From NCBI GenBank assembly GCA_002938035.1, contig PTLH01000001.1, forward strand, positions 1 through 63,087: DNA of 63,087 bases, written 5' to 3'. The notes under the pieces were generated by a model. The model was not told where the DNA came from. It made no database searches and saw nothing but the letters and a program-made list of their open reading frames with translations. The position numbers and the translations under genes are program-made. The DNA is from Alphaproteobacteria bacterium MarineAlpha3_Bin6 (GTDB lineage: Bacteria > Pseudomonadota > Alphaproteobacteria > Rhodospirillales > UBA2165). Shown here piece by piece: positions 7,286 through 17,284 of this stretch (the stretch's first letter is position 1; the number at the start of each line of letters is the position of its first letter).

Positions 7286-9463
7286 TTATTTTTTGGAGAA
7301 AATAATGTCGCCGGAGGCTTTTCTAAAGCCAGCGCGAACAATGCCGGTAGTCAACAGCTCTGGTAAAACCACTCCTTCCTTTGCTTTTGGCCCATATACG
7401 GCGTTAAATGGAATACCAAATCGGCCGAAGGTTTTTAGGTAATTTGCGATCTTTTGGTTAGGTCGGGTCCAGTCGCCCTTCATTGCAATCACGTTACCAC
7501 TCTTTGACAGGACTTCGTAGATTTGCCCCCGGTTAAGTACCGCAACCTTATTGACATAGCAGGTGATGCACCATTCAGCGGTTACATCCATGAATACCGT
7601 TTTACCGTTCGACACCAATTCTGCAATTCTTTCAGGTGCAAACGCTACCCAGTGATCAGACGCCCTAGTGTGGGGGTCCAATGATCCCCGTTGAGTCAAA
7701 TAATAGGGTGTAAATATTGCTCCAAAAATAAATACAAATATCGAAAAAGTCGCTAATTTCTGCCAACTGCCGGTTATGTATTTCTTGCCAAATAATATTC
7801 CACCAATGGCAATCATAAGAACGCTAATGATTGTGGCTGAGGATATATTGCTTTGAACGGCTAGCACCATTATTAGCCAAACTGCAGTTGCTATTAGGGC
7901 GGCACCCAAAAGTTGTTTTACTCGGACCATCCAGACGCCCGGCTTGGGCAGCCAATTGGCCAACACGGGAAAAAGGGCAATCAGAAAATAAGGTAACGCC
8001 ATTCCAATGCCCAGTGCCGCGAATACGGCATATATTTCAGTTAGGGATCCTGCCAGGGCAAAGCCGACGGCTGTTCCCAAAAATGGTGCGGAGCAGGGAG
8101 TTGCTAAAATTGTAGCAAAAGAGCCAGCAGCAAAGTTAACACTGAAGTTTTGGTGTAGTTCGTTTGTAATAATTGGTCTGCCAGCAAGATTGCCCAGCCA
8201 AGATGGTAGGTTTAATTCGAAAAAGCCAAATAAATTGTATGCGAACAGACTTACTATGACTGTTAGGCTAACAATAAACCACGGTTCTTGGAACTGAATG
8301 CCCCATCCTACCGCAGAGCCGGTTAGTTTTAGTATAATGAGCCCTGTAGCAATGACTAAAAATGAAAATAAGATACCTAGCGAGGAAGCTAAAAAGCTCA
8401 TCCGAATGGTCGTGTTCGTCGTACCGCTATGGGCCACTAAACCGAGGATTTTGATAGATAGAACCGGAAGGACGCAAGGCATCAGGTTGAGGATAATCCC
8501 GCCAATCAAGGCCAAACCTAGAATGAATGGGAGAGAAATTTGAACATGGGATGAGGGTTGGGAGATTAGTGATCCAGTAGAAACCAGATGATTTTCGGTT
8601 ATCGACCGTTGACCATCGGTAATCGTAAACCTGAGACTTGTATGCTCAATTTTGGTACCCCCTTCCTCCGATACCGGGATAGTCATTACAGCTTTCTTAC
8701 CATCGTCTCCCAGCTTGATCTGGGGTAGTGAAAAGAAGGCTAACTCAGGACCCTCCACAAACACATCTGGATTGATTAGCGGTAAAGCGCTTTCGATCAC
8801 CAAGCGTATAAAGCCCTTACGGACATTCTTATCGATTGTTTTAAACTCGCCGGCAGTTTCCACCTGCAATATCTTCAGGCTATCGTTGGAACCTTCATGT
8901 GGTACTCTGGATGCAAAATCACGTATAAGGTCCAGATACTCGGTAGGGGTGCCGTTATCGGACGGTAGATTAAGTGCTAAATTCGTCTTAATGGGAATGC
9001 AGATATCATCACATGTGAGGTAGTTCAGCGCCAATCTTAGCTGCACAGATCGTTCCGGGTTATTTACGGTAGCTACAATTGGGAATACTACCTCTTTTTT
9101 ATATCCAATTGTTTGAAATCCAAGAACTTGAAACCGGGTAGGAGCAGGCCAAGTAAATAGTGTTTGTTTTAGGTTGCTAGAGTTTTTCCAATCCAATTGA
9201 GGAGGGTAACCGGCATCGCCTGGTGTTCGCCAGTAAATTTTCCAATTATCCTTCAGTTTAAATTGCAGGCCGAGTTGTATATTTTTGCTGTTTTTTACAC
9301 CTCGGGTGGCTGAAATTAGGCGAACCTTGCCTTGTTCGTTTTCGAACCATTTAGATGCGCTAACTTCGGTTTGGGCGGTTCCGAAGTTGCATATTCCTAA
9401 TCCAAGATAGAAGCTAAGTGCGGCGATTGTAAGGGCAGTATAGCGAACGGAATTGAAGGTCAT
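7286..9463 (-). CDS. DsbD/ScsB-family protein-disulfide reductase (N-terminal periplasmic domain, DsbD TM core, C-terminal thioredoxin fold)
   Basis: 725 aa. Signal peptide, TCDDICIP motif (DsbD N-domain), TM-core motifs MPCVLPVLSIK and ATPCSAPFLG, and C-terminal thioredoxin WCITC. Confidence 0.8.
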   Translation of the reverse strand: MTFNSVRYTALTIAALSFYLGLGICNFGTAQTEVSASKWFENEQGKVRLISATRGVKNSKNIQLGLQFKLKDNWKIYWRTPGDAGYPPQLDWKNSSNLKQTLFTWPAPTRFQVLGFQTIGYKKEVVFPIVATVNNPERSVQLRLALNYLTCDDICIPIKTNLALNLPSDNGTPTEYLDLIRDFASRVPHEGSNDSLKILQVETAGEFKTIDKNVRKGFIRLVIESALPLINPDVFVEGPELAFFSLPQIKLGDDGKKAVMTIPVSEEGGTKIEHTSLRFTITDGQRSITENHLVSTGSLISQPSSHVQISLPFILGLALIGGIILNLMPCVLPVLSIKILGLVAHSGTTNTTIRMSFLASSLGILFSFLVIATGLIILKLTGSAVGWGIQFQEPWFIVSLTVIVSLFAYNLFGFFELNLPSWLGNLAGRPIITNELHQNFSVNFAAGSFATILATPCSAPFLGTAVGFALAGSLTEIYAVFAALGIGMALPYFLIALFPVLANWLPKPGVWMVRVKQLLGAALIATAVWLIMVLAVQSNISSATIISVLMIAIGGILFGKKYITGSWQKLATFSIFVFIFGAIFTPYYLTQRGSLDPHTRASDHWVAFAPERIAELVSNGKTVFMDVTAEWCITCYVNKVAVLNRGQIYEVLSKSGNVIAMKGDWTRPNQKIANYLKTFGRFGIPFNAVYGPKAKEGVVLPELLTTGIVRAGFRKASGDIIFSKK

Positions 9464-9767
9464 AATGTTACTGGTTTATTCATTTGTAAGTATTTCATCA
9501 ACTATAAAAACAAATTTTCAATTTGGCCTAAGTGATCCAATAACTTAAGGTAACGATGCCAAAGGAAATTATCAAATTCATACGACAGAGGTCATGATCG
9601 ACAAATTATAACACGGAGTTATAGCTTTGGACTGATAAATAAAATTGGATTTTAATGTGCAACACCCTTTGATCAATGCTTGCCATATGTGACAATGAGA
9701 TAATAAAGCTTCTTTTGAAGTTCAATGGATAATAAACGAGTATCTCAAATATTTGGATCTTTAAATA

Positions 9768-10343
9768 ATGAGTGATATTTCCCAGGATGAATCCTATGTG
9801 ACCGGACAACTTCTGATTGCAATGCCAGGTATGCGAGATGAACGCTTTGCCAAGTCGGTTATATACATGTGTGCGCATTCAGAAGAGGGGGCTATGGGAT
9901 TGGTGCTCAATCAGCGTCTAGACTCTCTTACATTTGCAGAACTAATAAGTCAGTTAGAGCTCGATGAAAAACACCTCTCCAGGGATGTTCCTGTCCATTT
10001 TGGTGGGCCTGTTGAATCAGGAAGGGGGTTCGTATTGCATACCTCTGACTATCAACAAGATGCCACATTAGAGGTGGTAAATGGTGTTGCCTTGACCGCT
10101 ACCGTAGAAATTTTGAAAGCCATTGCGCAAGGAAAAGGCCCTCAAAAAAGTTTGTTAGCTTTGGGCTATGCGGGATGGGGACCTGGTCAGTTAGATATGG
10201 AAATTAGGGCTAACGGTTGGCTTCAGGTGCCCAGTGATTCGGAGATTATTTTTGACATTGAGCCCGACACCAAGTGGGAGCGGGCAATACAGAGACTCGG
10301 AATTGACCCCCGTATGCTATCTGACGATGTGGGGCATGCCTAA
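9768..10343 (+). CDS. YqgE/AlgH family protein (UPF0301)
   Basis: 191 aa. GQLLIAMPGMRDERFAKSVIYMCAHSEEGAMGLVLN and GGPV...GFVLH are family hallmarks. Confidence 0.85.
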   Translation: MSDISQDESYVTGQLLIAMPGMRDERFAKSVIYMCAHSEEGAMGLVLNQRLDSLTFAELISQLELDEKHLSRDVPVHFGGPVESGRGFVLHTSDYQQDATLEVVNGVALTATVEILKAIAQGKGPQKSLLALGYAGWGPGQLDMEIRANGWLQVPSDSEIIFDIEPDTKWERAIQRLGIDPRMLSDDVGHA

Positions 10344-10465
10344 ATCTTTTACAGGTACCTCTTTTTTGTAATGTCTTTCCTAAAACAATTTTCTTACCTT
10401 GCCTTAATAAGTAAGTAAATCCATACGAACCGGAAACAACGTAAATTTTACGTAGCAAAGGGTAT

Positions 10466-11722
10466 TTATGGTAGCAAATTTTCTATATGGGCATAGTCAT
10501 CCAATTTGTTGGTGGGCCCGATAGCGGCAATAGTCGGGCGACTGCAAAATATGCGGCGGGCGACTGTCTCCACGGCATCTGTGTTTACCGCGTTGATTTT
10601 TTCTATGACCTCAGGAATTGTGATGGTGTGACCAAAGATCTGAAGCTGTCGAGCCGCTTGTTCACACCTTGAGGATGAGCTTTCCAGCGCCATGAGAATT
10701 GCAGATTTTAGCTGTGCTTTAGCCCTAGCCAGTTCATTCTCTGTTACCTTACCACAAACCGATGTTATTTCCCCGCAAATGACCGGCACGAGTTCACCTA
10801 TGTTATCGCCGCCGGTACCGGCGTATATACCTAGAAGACCTCCGTCCTGATAGTTCAATGTGAAGGAATAAATGCTGTATACCAAGCCTCTTCGCTCACG
10901 GGCTTCCTGGAATAACCGCGACGACATACCTCCGCCAAGAAGGGTCGATAGCACCGCCATCGGATAATATTCGATATCAAGGTACGAAAGTCCGTTAAAA
11001 CCCATGACGAGATGCAGCTGCTCAAGATCGCGGCTTTCTCGGTAATCCCCGTTTACATAGTCCAGCGTCTCCGTGGCTCTGGGACTTTTGAAGGGTAACG
11101 TCGTGAAGGTATCCTGTGCCAGGGCAACAAATTCGTCATGATTTACGTTGCCCGCAGCTGACAGTACGATGCGGTCGCATGCATATTGTTCCGTCATAAA
11201 GCTTTTTATTGTGTCCCGTGGAATTCCTTTAACCAGGGCTACTGAACCCAGAACGGGTCGGCCAATTGCCTGGTTTGGGTATGCAGCCTGCTGGAAATAA
11301 TCGAAAACAATATCGTCTGGCGTGTCATAGGCTTGATTGATTTCTTGGATAATAACGGCCCGTTCTCGCTCAAGCTCCTCTGGGTCTAGAGGGGAGTATT
11401 GTAAAATGTCAGAAATTATATCCGTAGCTAGGGACAAATCGTCTTTCAGCACTTTAGCAAAATAAGCCGTATTTTCTCGAGACGTATATGCGTTTAAGTG
11501 ACCCCCTACGGCCTCTATTTCCTCCGATATCGACCGGGCAGATCGGTGATCTGTTCCCTTGAAGGCCATATGCTCCAATAGGTGGGAGATCCCGTTGTGT
11601 TCGGGTTGTTCGTGACGAGTTCCAACGCTTACCCATGCGCCTAAGGACACCGTCTCCACTGTTTTAAAAGTGTCTGTCGCAACTTGGAGGCCACTATCCA
11701 GGGTCGTTACTTGTACTGTCAT
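10466..11722 (-). CDS. M16 family zinc peptidase (pitrilysin / processing-peptidase-like)
   Basis: 418 aa. Inverted zinc motif HLLEHMAFKGT. 4-nt overlap with the upstream thrC stop. Confidence 0.85.
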   Translation of the reverse strand: MTVQVTTLDSGLQVATDTFKTVETVSLGAWVSVGTRHEQPEHNGISHLLEHMAFKGTDHRSARSISEEIEAVGGHLNAYTSRENTAYFAKVLKDDLSLATDIISDILQYSPLDPEELERERAVIIQEINQAYDTPDDIVFDYFQQAAYPNQAIGRPVLGSVALVKGIPRDTIKSFMTEQYACDRIVLSAAGNVNHDEFVALAQDTFTTLPFKSPRATETLDYVNGDYRESRDLEQLHLVMGFNGLSYLDIEYYPMAVLSTLLGGGMSSRLFQEARERRGLVYSIYSFTLNYQDGGLLGIYAGTGGDNIGELVPVICGEITSVCGKVTENELARAKAQLKSAILMALESSSSRCEQAARQLQIFGHTITIPEVIEKINAVNTDAVETVARRIFCSRPTIAAIGPTNKLDDYAHIENLLP

Positions 11723-13125
11723 GCCTTAGAACCATTTTCTAACGTTGTGGCAATAAATTCGCGTACACTTTCAAAATCATTCGGTAGGGTCAAATAACTT
11801 TCCTTCCTTTGAAAAAGGTCATTTAGATGCGGTGGGAGTGCTGGACGGATACCCGTAGCCTCCTGAATAGCATCTGGGAATTTTGCAGGGTGAGCAGTCG
11901 CCAGAGAGATGACGAGATTGTTTTTATTGGTGAGCGCTTTCTGGCTCGCTACAACGCCAACAGCGGTGTGTGGATCTAATATTTCGCCCGTTTCCTGGTA
12001 AACCTTAAAGATGGCATCCTTTATGGCATTATCCTCCACACGTTGTCCCTCAAAGAGACGGCTTATTGCTTTCCAACGGCCTTTGCCAAAGCTAACTAAA
12101 CCTTTCCGGCGGAATTGTTCCATCACTTTTGCAACGGCCTTGCCGTCCTGCTTATAGTATTCGTAGAGCAGACGCTCAAAGTTACTGGAGATTTGGATAT
12201 CCATGCTTGGACTTAATGTTGGGATCACTTCGGTAACTGACATTTGGCCAGTTTCGAAGAACCGGGTAAGAATGTCATTAGCGTTAGAGGCGACGATAAA
12301 TTTCTCTATTTGCAACCCCATGCGCCGAGCCGCGTATCCGGCGAAGACGTTGCCGAAGTTACCTGTCGGTACTGAAAATATAACTTTACGGTATGGCGCT
12401 CCTAAAGCTAAGGCGCTCCAAAAGTAATAAACTGCCTGGGCCAGTATGCGTGCCCAATTGATGGAATTTACTGTGGAAAGATGGTGTTTTCTTCGGAAAA
12501 CCTTGTCAGAAAATAGCGATTTTACCATGTCCTGACAATCGTCAAATGTACCCTCCAGGGCAATATTGTGAATATTAGCCGATTGTACTGTAGTCATTTG
12601 GCGGCGCTGAACGTCTGACACGCGACCAGCCGGATGTAGCATGAATACCTCGATGAGGTTTTTGTCGCGGCAGGCTTCTATGGCTGCAGAGCCGGTATCA
12701 CCTGAAGTAGCCCCTACGATAGTTGCTTTTTGACCTTTCTTTTTTAAGACGTGAGCAAATAACCGGCCAACCAGTTGGAGGGGGTAATCTTTAAAGGCTA
12801 ATGTCGGTCCATGGAATAGTTCCAGGATCCATTGATTGTGGTCTAGTAGCTTTAATGGAGCCACAGAAGGGTGCTGGAAATTACGGTAAGTGTCCTCTAC
12901 CATGCTGCTAAAGTCATCGTGAGATATAACGTTACCTATAAACGGGGTCATGATTTGGATAGCAAGCTCGGTATAAGGTAATCTGCTCAAATGTTTTAAG
13001 TCAGCATTTGAAAATCTTGGCCATATTTCCGGTAAATAGAGCCCACCGTCACGGGCCAGACCAGTGAGCAAAACTTCGTCAAATGGCAGGGTTGGTGCCT
13101 GCCCTCGTGTACTAACGTATTTCAA
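11719..13125 (-). CDS. thrC: threonine synthase
   Basis: Canonical N-terminus (M)KYVSTRG from the TTG at 13125; the ORF track extends to 13158. PLP lysine context HGPTLAFKD, and GATSGDTG. Confidence 0.9.
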   Translation of the reverse strand: MKYVSTRGQAPTLPFDEVLLTGLARDGGLYLPEIWPRFSNADLKHLSRLPYTELAIQIMTPFIGNVISHDDFSSMVEDTYRNFQHPSVAPLKLLDHNQWILELFHGPTLAFKDYPLQLVGRLFAHVLKKKGQKATIVGATSGDTGSAAIEACRDKNLIEVFMLHPAGRVSDVQRRQMTTVQSANIHNIALEGTFDDCQDMVKSLFSDKVFRRKHHLSTVNSINWARILAQAVYYFWSALALGAPYRKVIFSVPTGNFGNVFAGYAARRMGLQIEKFIVASNANDILTRFFETGQMSVTEVIPTLSPSMDIQISSNFERLLYEYYKQDGKAVAKVMEQFRRKGLVSFGKGRWKAISRLFEGQRVEDNAIKDAIFKVYQETGEILDPHTAVGVVASQKALTNKNNLVISLATAHPAKFPDAIQEATGIRPALPPHLNDLFQRKESYLTLPNDFESVREFIATTLENGSKA

Positions 13126-13299
13126 AGTTTTAATTTTACAAAACCCGCGGCCCACCAAATTCAGTTTCTAGCCTATATGGCCTCATGACAGGAAACAAGT
13201 TGTCGAAAGAATGTTATGGGTACGCAGAATATTTGGGAAGTCTGTTTGGCTAATTGAAGGAGTGCTTCTATGACCGAATAGTATGGCCATTCAAGCAAC

Positions 13300-14256
13300 C
13301 TAAAAAATAATAGGTATGATCCCGTGATCGGCGAGAAATATTACGAAGACTAAAAAGAGATAAAGTATGGAATATCGGAACATGGAACGTGGTGCATCAG
13401 GATTGTTACCGGATCGTACTTGTAAAGCGTGCCAGATGAAAATAAGGCCAAGAAGTAAAACAACGGCGCCGCCTATGGGACTAATTATTTCAATAAATGC
13501 TGGGATCAAGGTAATGGGAACGAGCAAAAGGGTATATATGAGAATCAGCCGCTTGGTCTCGGTTTTACCCGAGACCACGGGCATCATTGGAACACCTGCC
13601 CTCTCGTAGTCTCCAGAAAGGTATAGTGATAACGCCCAAAAGTGGGGAGGTGTCCACATGAAAATAATGGCGAATAGAACAATTGACCCTAAGCTCACGT
13701 CGTTGGTAACGGCTGCCCATCCAATCACTGGCGGCAAGGCTCCCGAAGCGCCACCTATAACAATATTTTGGGGTGTTCTACGTTTAAGCCAAATCGTATA
13801 AATGAATACGTAGAATGCGATGGTCGTGGCAAGCAATAGGCTCGAAATTAGATTAACATAAATCCCCATCACAGCGACCGAAAATAACGAGAGTACCGTA
13901 CCAAGAAAAAGTGCTGAACGAGGCTTTAAACGCCCGGCTGGTAAGGGTCGATGCTTAGTACGTTGCATCATTTGATCGATATCCCTGTCGTACCACATAT
14001 TAATAGCCCCAGATGCGCCGGCGCCTAGGGCAATGCAGATAACAGCAATTGTGCCAGTAAGGACGTCGATATTTCCGGGCGCTAATAGCATGCCGGTAAA
14101 GCCTGTAAACAATACAAGTGACATAACCCGTGGTTTTAAAAGGATTGCATAATCAACGATTGGAGGTCTCGAAACTAAGGCAGCCGTATCGCTACCGTTT
14201 GGTTCCTTATCGAGTGGAACCGTAGTAGCTTGCTCGGAGAGCGAGGACTGCGTCAT
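13300..14256 (-). CDS. ctaB: protoheme IX farnesyltransferase (heme O synthase)
   Basis: 318 aa UbiA-family polytopic protein. NMWYDRDID...R...RPLP motif. Lies beside the cox genes. Confidence 0.9.
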   Translation of the reverse strand: MTQSSLSEQATTVPLDKEPNGSDTAALVSRPPIVDYAILLKPRVMSLVLFTGFTGMLLAPGNIDVLTGTIAVICIALGAGASGAINMWYDRDIDQMMQRTKHRPLPAGRLKPRSALFLGTVLSLFSVAVMGIYVNLISSLLLATTIAFYVFIYTIWLKRRTPQNIVIGGASGALPPVIGWAAVTNDVSLGSIVLFAIIFMWTPPHFWALSLYLSGDYERAGVPMMPVVSGKTETKRLILIYTLLLVPITLIPAFIEIISPIGGAVVLLLGLIFIWHALQVRSGNNPDAPRSMFRYSILYLFLVFVIFLADHGIIPIIF

Positions 14257-14333
14257 GTGCTGTGTCGATTGCCAATGTCGGTTAATAGGGGATTACGTAT
14301 CATAATGTCCAAATAAGTCTAAGCCAACTTAAC

Positions 14334-15704
14334 TTATGGCATGGTGTTAGCAGGTCTGAAAAGCGATTTAAGTGCTATAACCACAAACAAAACGCCCCCA
14401 AGTATTGCAAGGCCGCCGCCTAGGTCTCTAAGACCGGTTGCAAAAATAGCAGAAAAACTGTCCACATCTATACCAGCTCCCATAATTTTGCGCGATGCTC
14501 CCATACCGCCTGCTGCGAACATGCCAATAACAAATAATAACTGACCGCCGGCATAGAGGATGATTTGGACAGGTAGAAGCTTGCTTGGTTTTAGAGGTCG
14601 ACCTAAAAGTGGTAAAAACCAGACGTAAAACAATCCCACAAAGACTAAGTTAATGCCGCTGATTAGACCGTGATAGTGGGCGGGTGTACGTGTGTCGTGC
14701 CCATCAACAAAGAAACCAAGTAGCGTTCCAATTCCAAATACTACGAGAGCCGAAGCAAGGCTGAGGGAAGCCGGATCCAGCCAGGAAATTTTGGTTCTTT
14801 GTCTCCAAAGTCCCGTTACGAGTGCAGCCACCATCATTAACACCGGCACGCCTAGTGCATATTTTAGTTTGGTAAATGCAGAAAAGTGTCGAGGGTCTTC
14901 CACCTCAAAAATACCAAATAAAGATAAACCCATTAGTCCCAGAAATACTAAAATGCTACTAGTCCAAATGAAGAAGGCTCTACCTGCTAGGGATGTTTTG
15001 AAAGTTTGGCGGTAAAGTATACTGCTGGCGATAAGGAATAGAGTGACGTTTACAAGCTGCAGTATGTGACCTGCTCCCCAAAACAAGCTTTCATTATAGT
15101 CGTAGTTCACCGGCTGGGCCTGGAGTTGCTCGGCAGACATTCCTGTCGCGACAAAAGCGGTAACGTACAGAAGGCCGGCACATATGAGGAGGGGCCATTC
15201 ATCCATCGATTGACCCACGACCCCGTTTAAATCCTTAAAAACACGGATCACAGATATTAAGATACCAAGCGCCAATAAGAACAAACCCCAATAGTAAAGG
15301 GGATCAATAATAACGGGGATATAATTGTTGAGGGAGGGTGTGCCTTGATTTCGAAAGGCAGGGATAAGGATTAAGATAATTCCTGCGGTAAACAATAAAA
15401 TAGAAATTCTTTCCATAAAATTACCAATATGAGATTGCGAATGGCCATTAATTTGGGGTGCCATAGCTGTGTTTAATGCTCCAAATACTGCTAAAAACCA
15501 TACGACGAAGGAGAGTGAGACGTGCACAATCAGACCTTTCTGAAAGAAGTCCTCTGGCCAGGGGACACTTTCACTTGTGCCAGGAGCGCGGGAGAGTACC
15601 AGCAACCCCGCAAATACCCCAGCGATAGCAAGGGAAACAACGGCAAGTGCGGACCATTGCCATAACTGTCGGCGGCTATGGCCAAGGGGCATGGGATGTA
15701 TCAC
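14334..15704 (-). CDS. polytopic membrane protein, divergent heme-copper oxidase subunit-I-like (CuB His-His pair absent)
   Basis: 456 aa, about 12 TM segments. Motifs LFWGAGHILQ (compare [12 protein letters not shown] in CoxA) and GHDTRTPAHYHG (compare [14 protein letters not shown]). Conserved TM2 His (IVHVSLSF). No WAHH-type motif. Confidence 0.6.
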   Translation of the reverse strand: MIHPMPLGHSRRQLWQWSALAVVSLAIAGVFAGLLVLSRAPGTSESVPWPEDFFQKGLIVHVSLSFVVWFLAVFGALNTAMAPQINGHSQSHIGNFMERISILLFTAGIILILIPAFRNQGTPSLNNYIPVIIDPLYYWGLFLLALGILISVIRVFKDLNGVVGQSMDEWPLLICAGLLYVTAFVATGMSAEQLQAQPVNYDYNESLFWGAGHILQLVNVTLFLIASSILYRQTFKTSLAGRAFFIWTSSILVFLGLMGLSLFGIFEVEDPRHFSAFTKLKYALGVPVLMMVAALVTGLWRQRTKISWLDPASLSLASALVVFGIGTLLGFFVDGHDTRTPAHYHGLISGINLVFVGLFYVWFLPLLGRPLKPSKLLPVQIILYAGGQLLFVIGMFAAGGMGASRKIMGAGIDVDSFSAIFATGLRDLGGGLAILGGVLFVVIALKSLFRPANTMP

Positions 15705-15882
15705 AATAATGCAGCTCGCAAAACTTCATCGCCAGTAATCGTCGATAAAATGTATTTTCCTGAGAAAAACATCACAGTTCCAGCGGATATAGGCAAACTT
15801 CCTAATCGTCTAATAGGCGAATACTTCGTTGAAATCAGCATTAAAGTATCGAAAAATGGTGTTATTTAATTAAAGGCCTTGG

Positions 15883-15981
15883 TTAGCCGCTGAGCATTTT
15901 AACCATGATGCTAATGAACATTGTAACGGCAGCTAGTACCAAAATAATCAGCAGGATAGTATTCTTTTTTTTTAAATCCAT
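15883..15981 (-). CDS. candidate 32-aa single-TM micro-protein
   Basis: MDLKKKNTILLIILVLAAVTMFISIMVKMLSG. Basic N-terminus plus one hydrophobic helix. Below the ORF-track cutoff, weak RBS, same strand as and upstream of the HCO-like gene. Confidence 0.25.
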   Translation of the reverse strand: MDLKKKNTILLIILVLAAVTMFISIMVKMLSG

Positions 15982-16379
15982 TGGTTCGACCCGGAACAAT
16001 TTACGGTCAAGAGGCGGACGTTTTTCCTGGCGCCCGTTGGGGGTATTGGGTAGATAAGATCAAGCCTAATACCTTATCATTTCCGCGTGGTTTATCACCC
16101 CAACTGGGGGGCGGCAATAACTTTAGGCGGGTATTGTAGAAACTTAATATAGGTCGTAAAAATTTTTTCCAATAAACCTCGGAATTCAGCCATAAATAAC
16201 CATTTGCCTAAATTCGTATGGGTTTACGCTTATAAAAAGATCGGGTATAGAATTGGTTGCTAGATTGGGTTTTTATAACTTCACAGAGTTACAATGCCAT
16301 CAAATTACCATTCGAGGTTATCGTAAAAGTACGTTTTACCCCCTAGGGACTGAAAGCAATGAGGTCAAAGGAAGAAGGT

Positions 16380-17249
16380 ATGACTAAATATAAACAAATT
16401 GTATCGAGATTGTTTTATACTGTTTTGCTGGCTGCTGCCTGGTTGCAAACAGGACCCTCGTTCGCGCAGTCGGGCCCGCAACCGTGGCAAATGAATTTCA
16501 GACCATCCGCTACACCGGTGATGGACGATATAGTAGAATTTCATAACCTCCTTCTGGTTATTGAAGTGATCATTGTGCTCTTTGTTTTGGGGCTGATGGT
16601 TTATATTTGCGTAAAGTTTAACGCAAAAGCAAATCCCGTTCCGTCAAAGACAACCCATAATTCACTTTTAGAGGTGGCATGGACAGTAATACCAATCATT
16701 GTATTGATTGTTATTGCGGTGCCCTCCATGAAACTTCTTGTGTTTATGGATAAGGCCCCGAAAGAGAAGGTCGAGATGACCCTTAAGGTTATCGGTCATC
16801 AGTGGTATTGGTCCTACGAATACCCCGATGCTGGCAATCTTGCATTTGATAGTAATATAATTCCTGATGAGGAAATCGATGCCTCAAAAGGGCAAATCAG
16901 GCTTTTGGAGGTTGATAACCGTATAGCAATCCCAGTCGATACTACTATTCGGGTGCTTATGACTTCTGAAGATGTTTTGCATAACTGGGCTGTCCCCGCA
17001 TTTGGAATTAAAATGGACACGGTACCTGGTCGGATCAATGAATCTTGGATCCGCGTACCTGCTGCCAGGGCGGGGGTTTATAGGGGGCAGTGTTCTGAAC
17101 TTTGTGGCGTAAATCATGGATATATGCCGATTGTGATTGAGGCTAAATCCAAACAAGACTTTGCAAAATGGTTAGACAAGGCGAAAAAGGAATTTGCCAA
17201 TGACGCTTCACCGGTCAAAGTGGTGCGGAAAGATACAATCGTCCGCTGA
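16380..17249 (+). CDS. coxB: cytochrome c oxidase subunit II (aa3-type)
   Basis: CuA motif HNWAVPAFG...CSELCGVNHGYMP, signal peptide plus 2 TM segments. The ATG at 16380 follows AAGGAAGAAGG; the ORF track starts at 16359. Confidence 0.92.
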   Translation: MTKYKQIVSRLFYTVLLAAAWLQTGPSFAQSGPQPWQMNFRPSATPVMDDIVEFHNLLLVIEVIIVLFVLGLMVYICVKFNAKANPVPSKTTHNSLLEVAWTVIPIIVLIVIAVPSMKLLVFMDKAPKEKVEMTLKVIGHQWYWSYEYPDAGNLAFDSNIIPDEEIDASKGQIRLLEVDNRIAIPVDTTIRVLMTSEDVLHNWAVPAFGIKMDTVPGRINESWIRVPAARAGVYRGQCSELCGVNHGYMPIVIEAKSKQDFAKWLDKAKKEFANDASPVKVVRKDTIVR

Positions 17250-17284
17250 GTGCGGCGTGAACAAGGAATTAGAAAGGTAAATCT

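Noticed and set aside
7831-9023. Several 80-120-aa plus-strand ORFs inside the DsbD-like gene
   Set aside because: They are antisense artefacts. The minus-strand 725-aa ORF has complete DsbD-family architecture.
9606-9878. 90-aa minus-strand ORF overlapping the yqgE start
   Set aside because: It lies in an AT-rich promoter region and overlaps a well-supported gene. No motifs.
10425-10445. Palindrome acgtaaa-t-tttacgt between the convergent yqgE and M16 peptidase genes, considered as a bidirectional terminator
   Set aside because: The stem is AT-rich with essentially no loop and no flanking T-run, so it is a weak candidate only.
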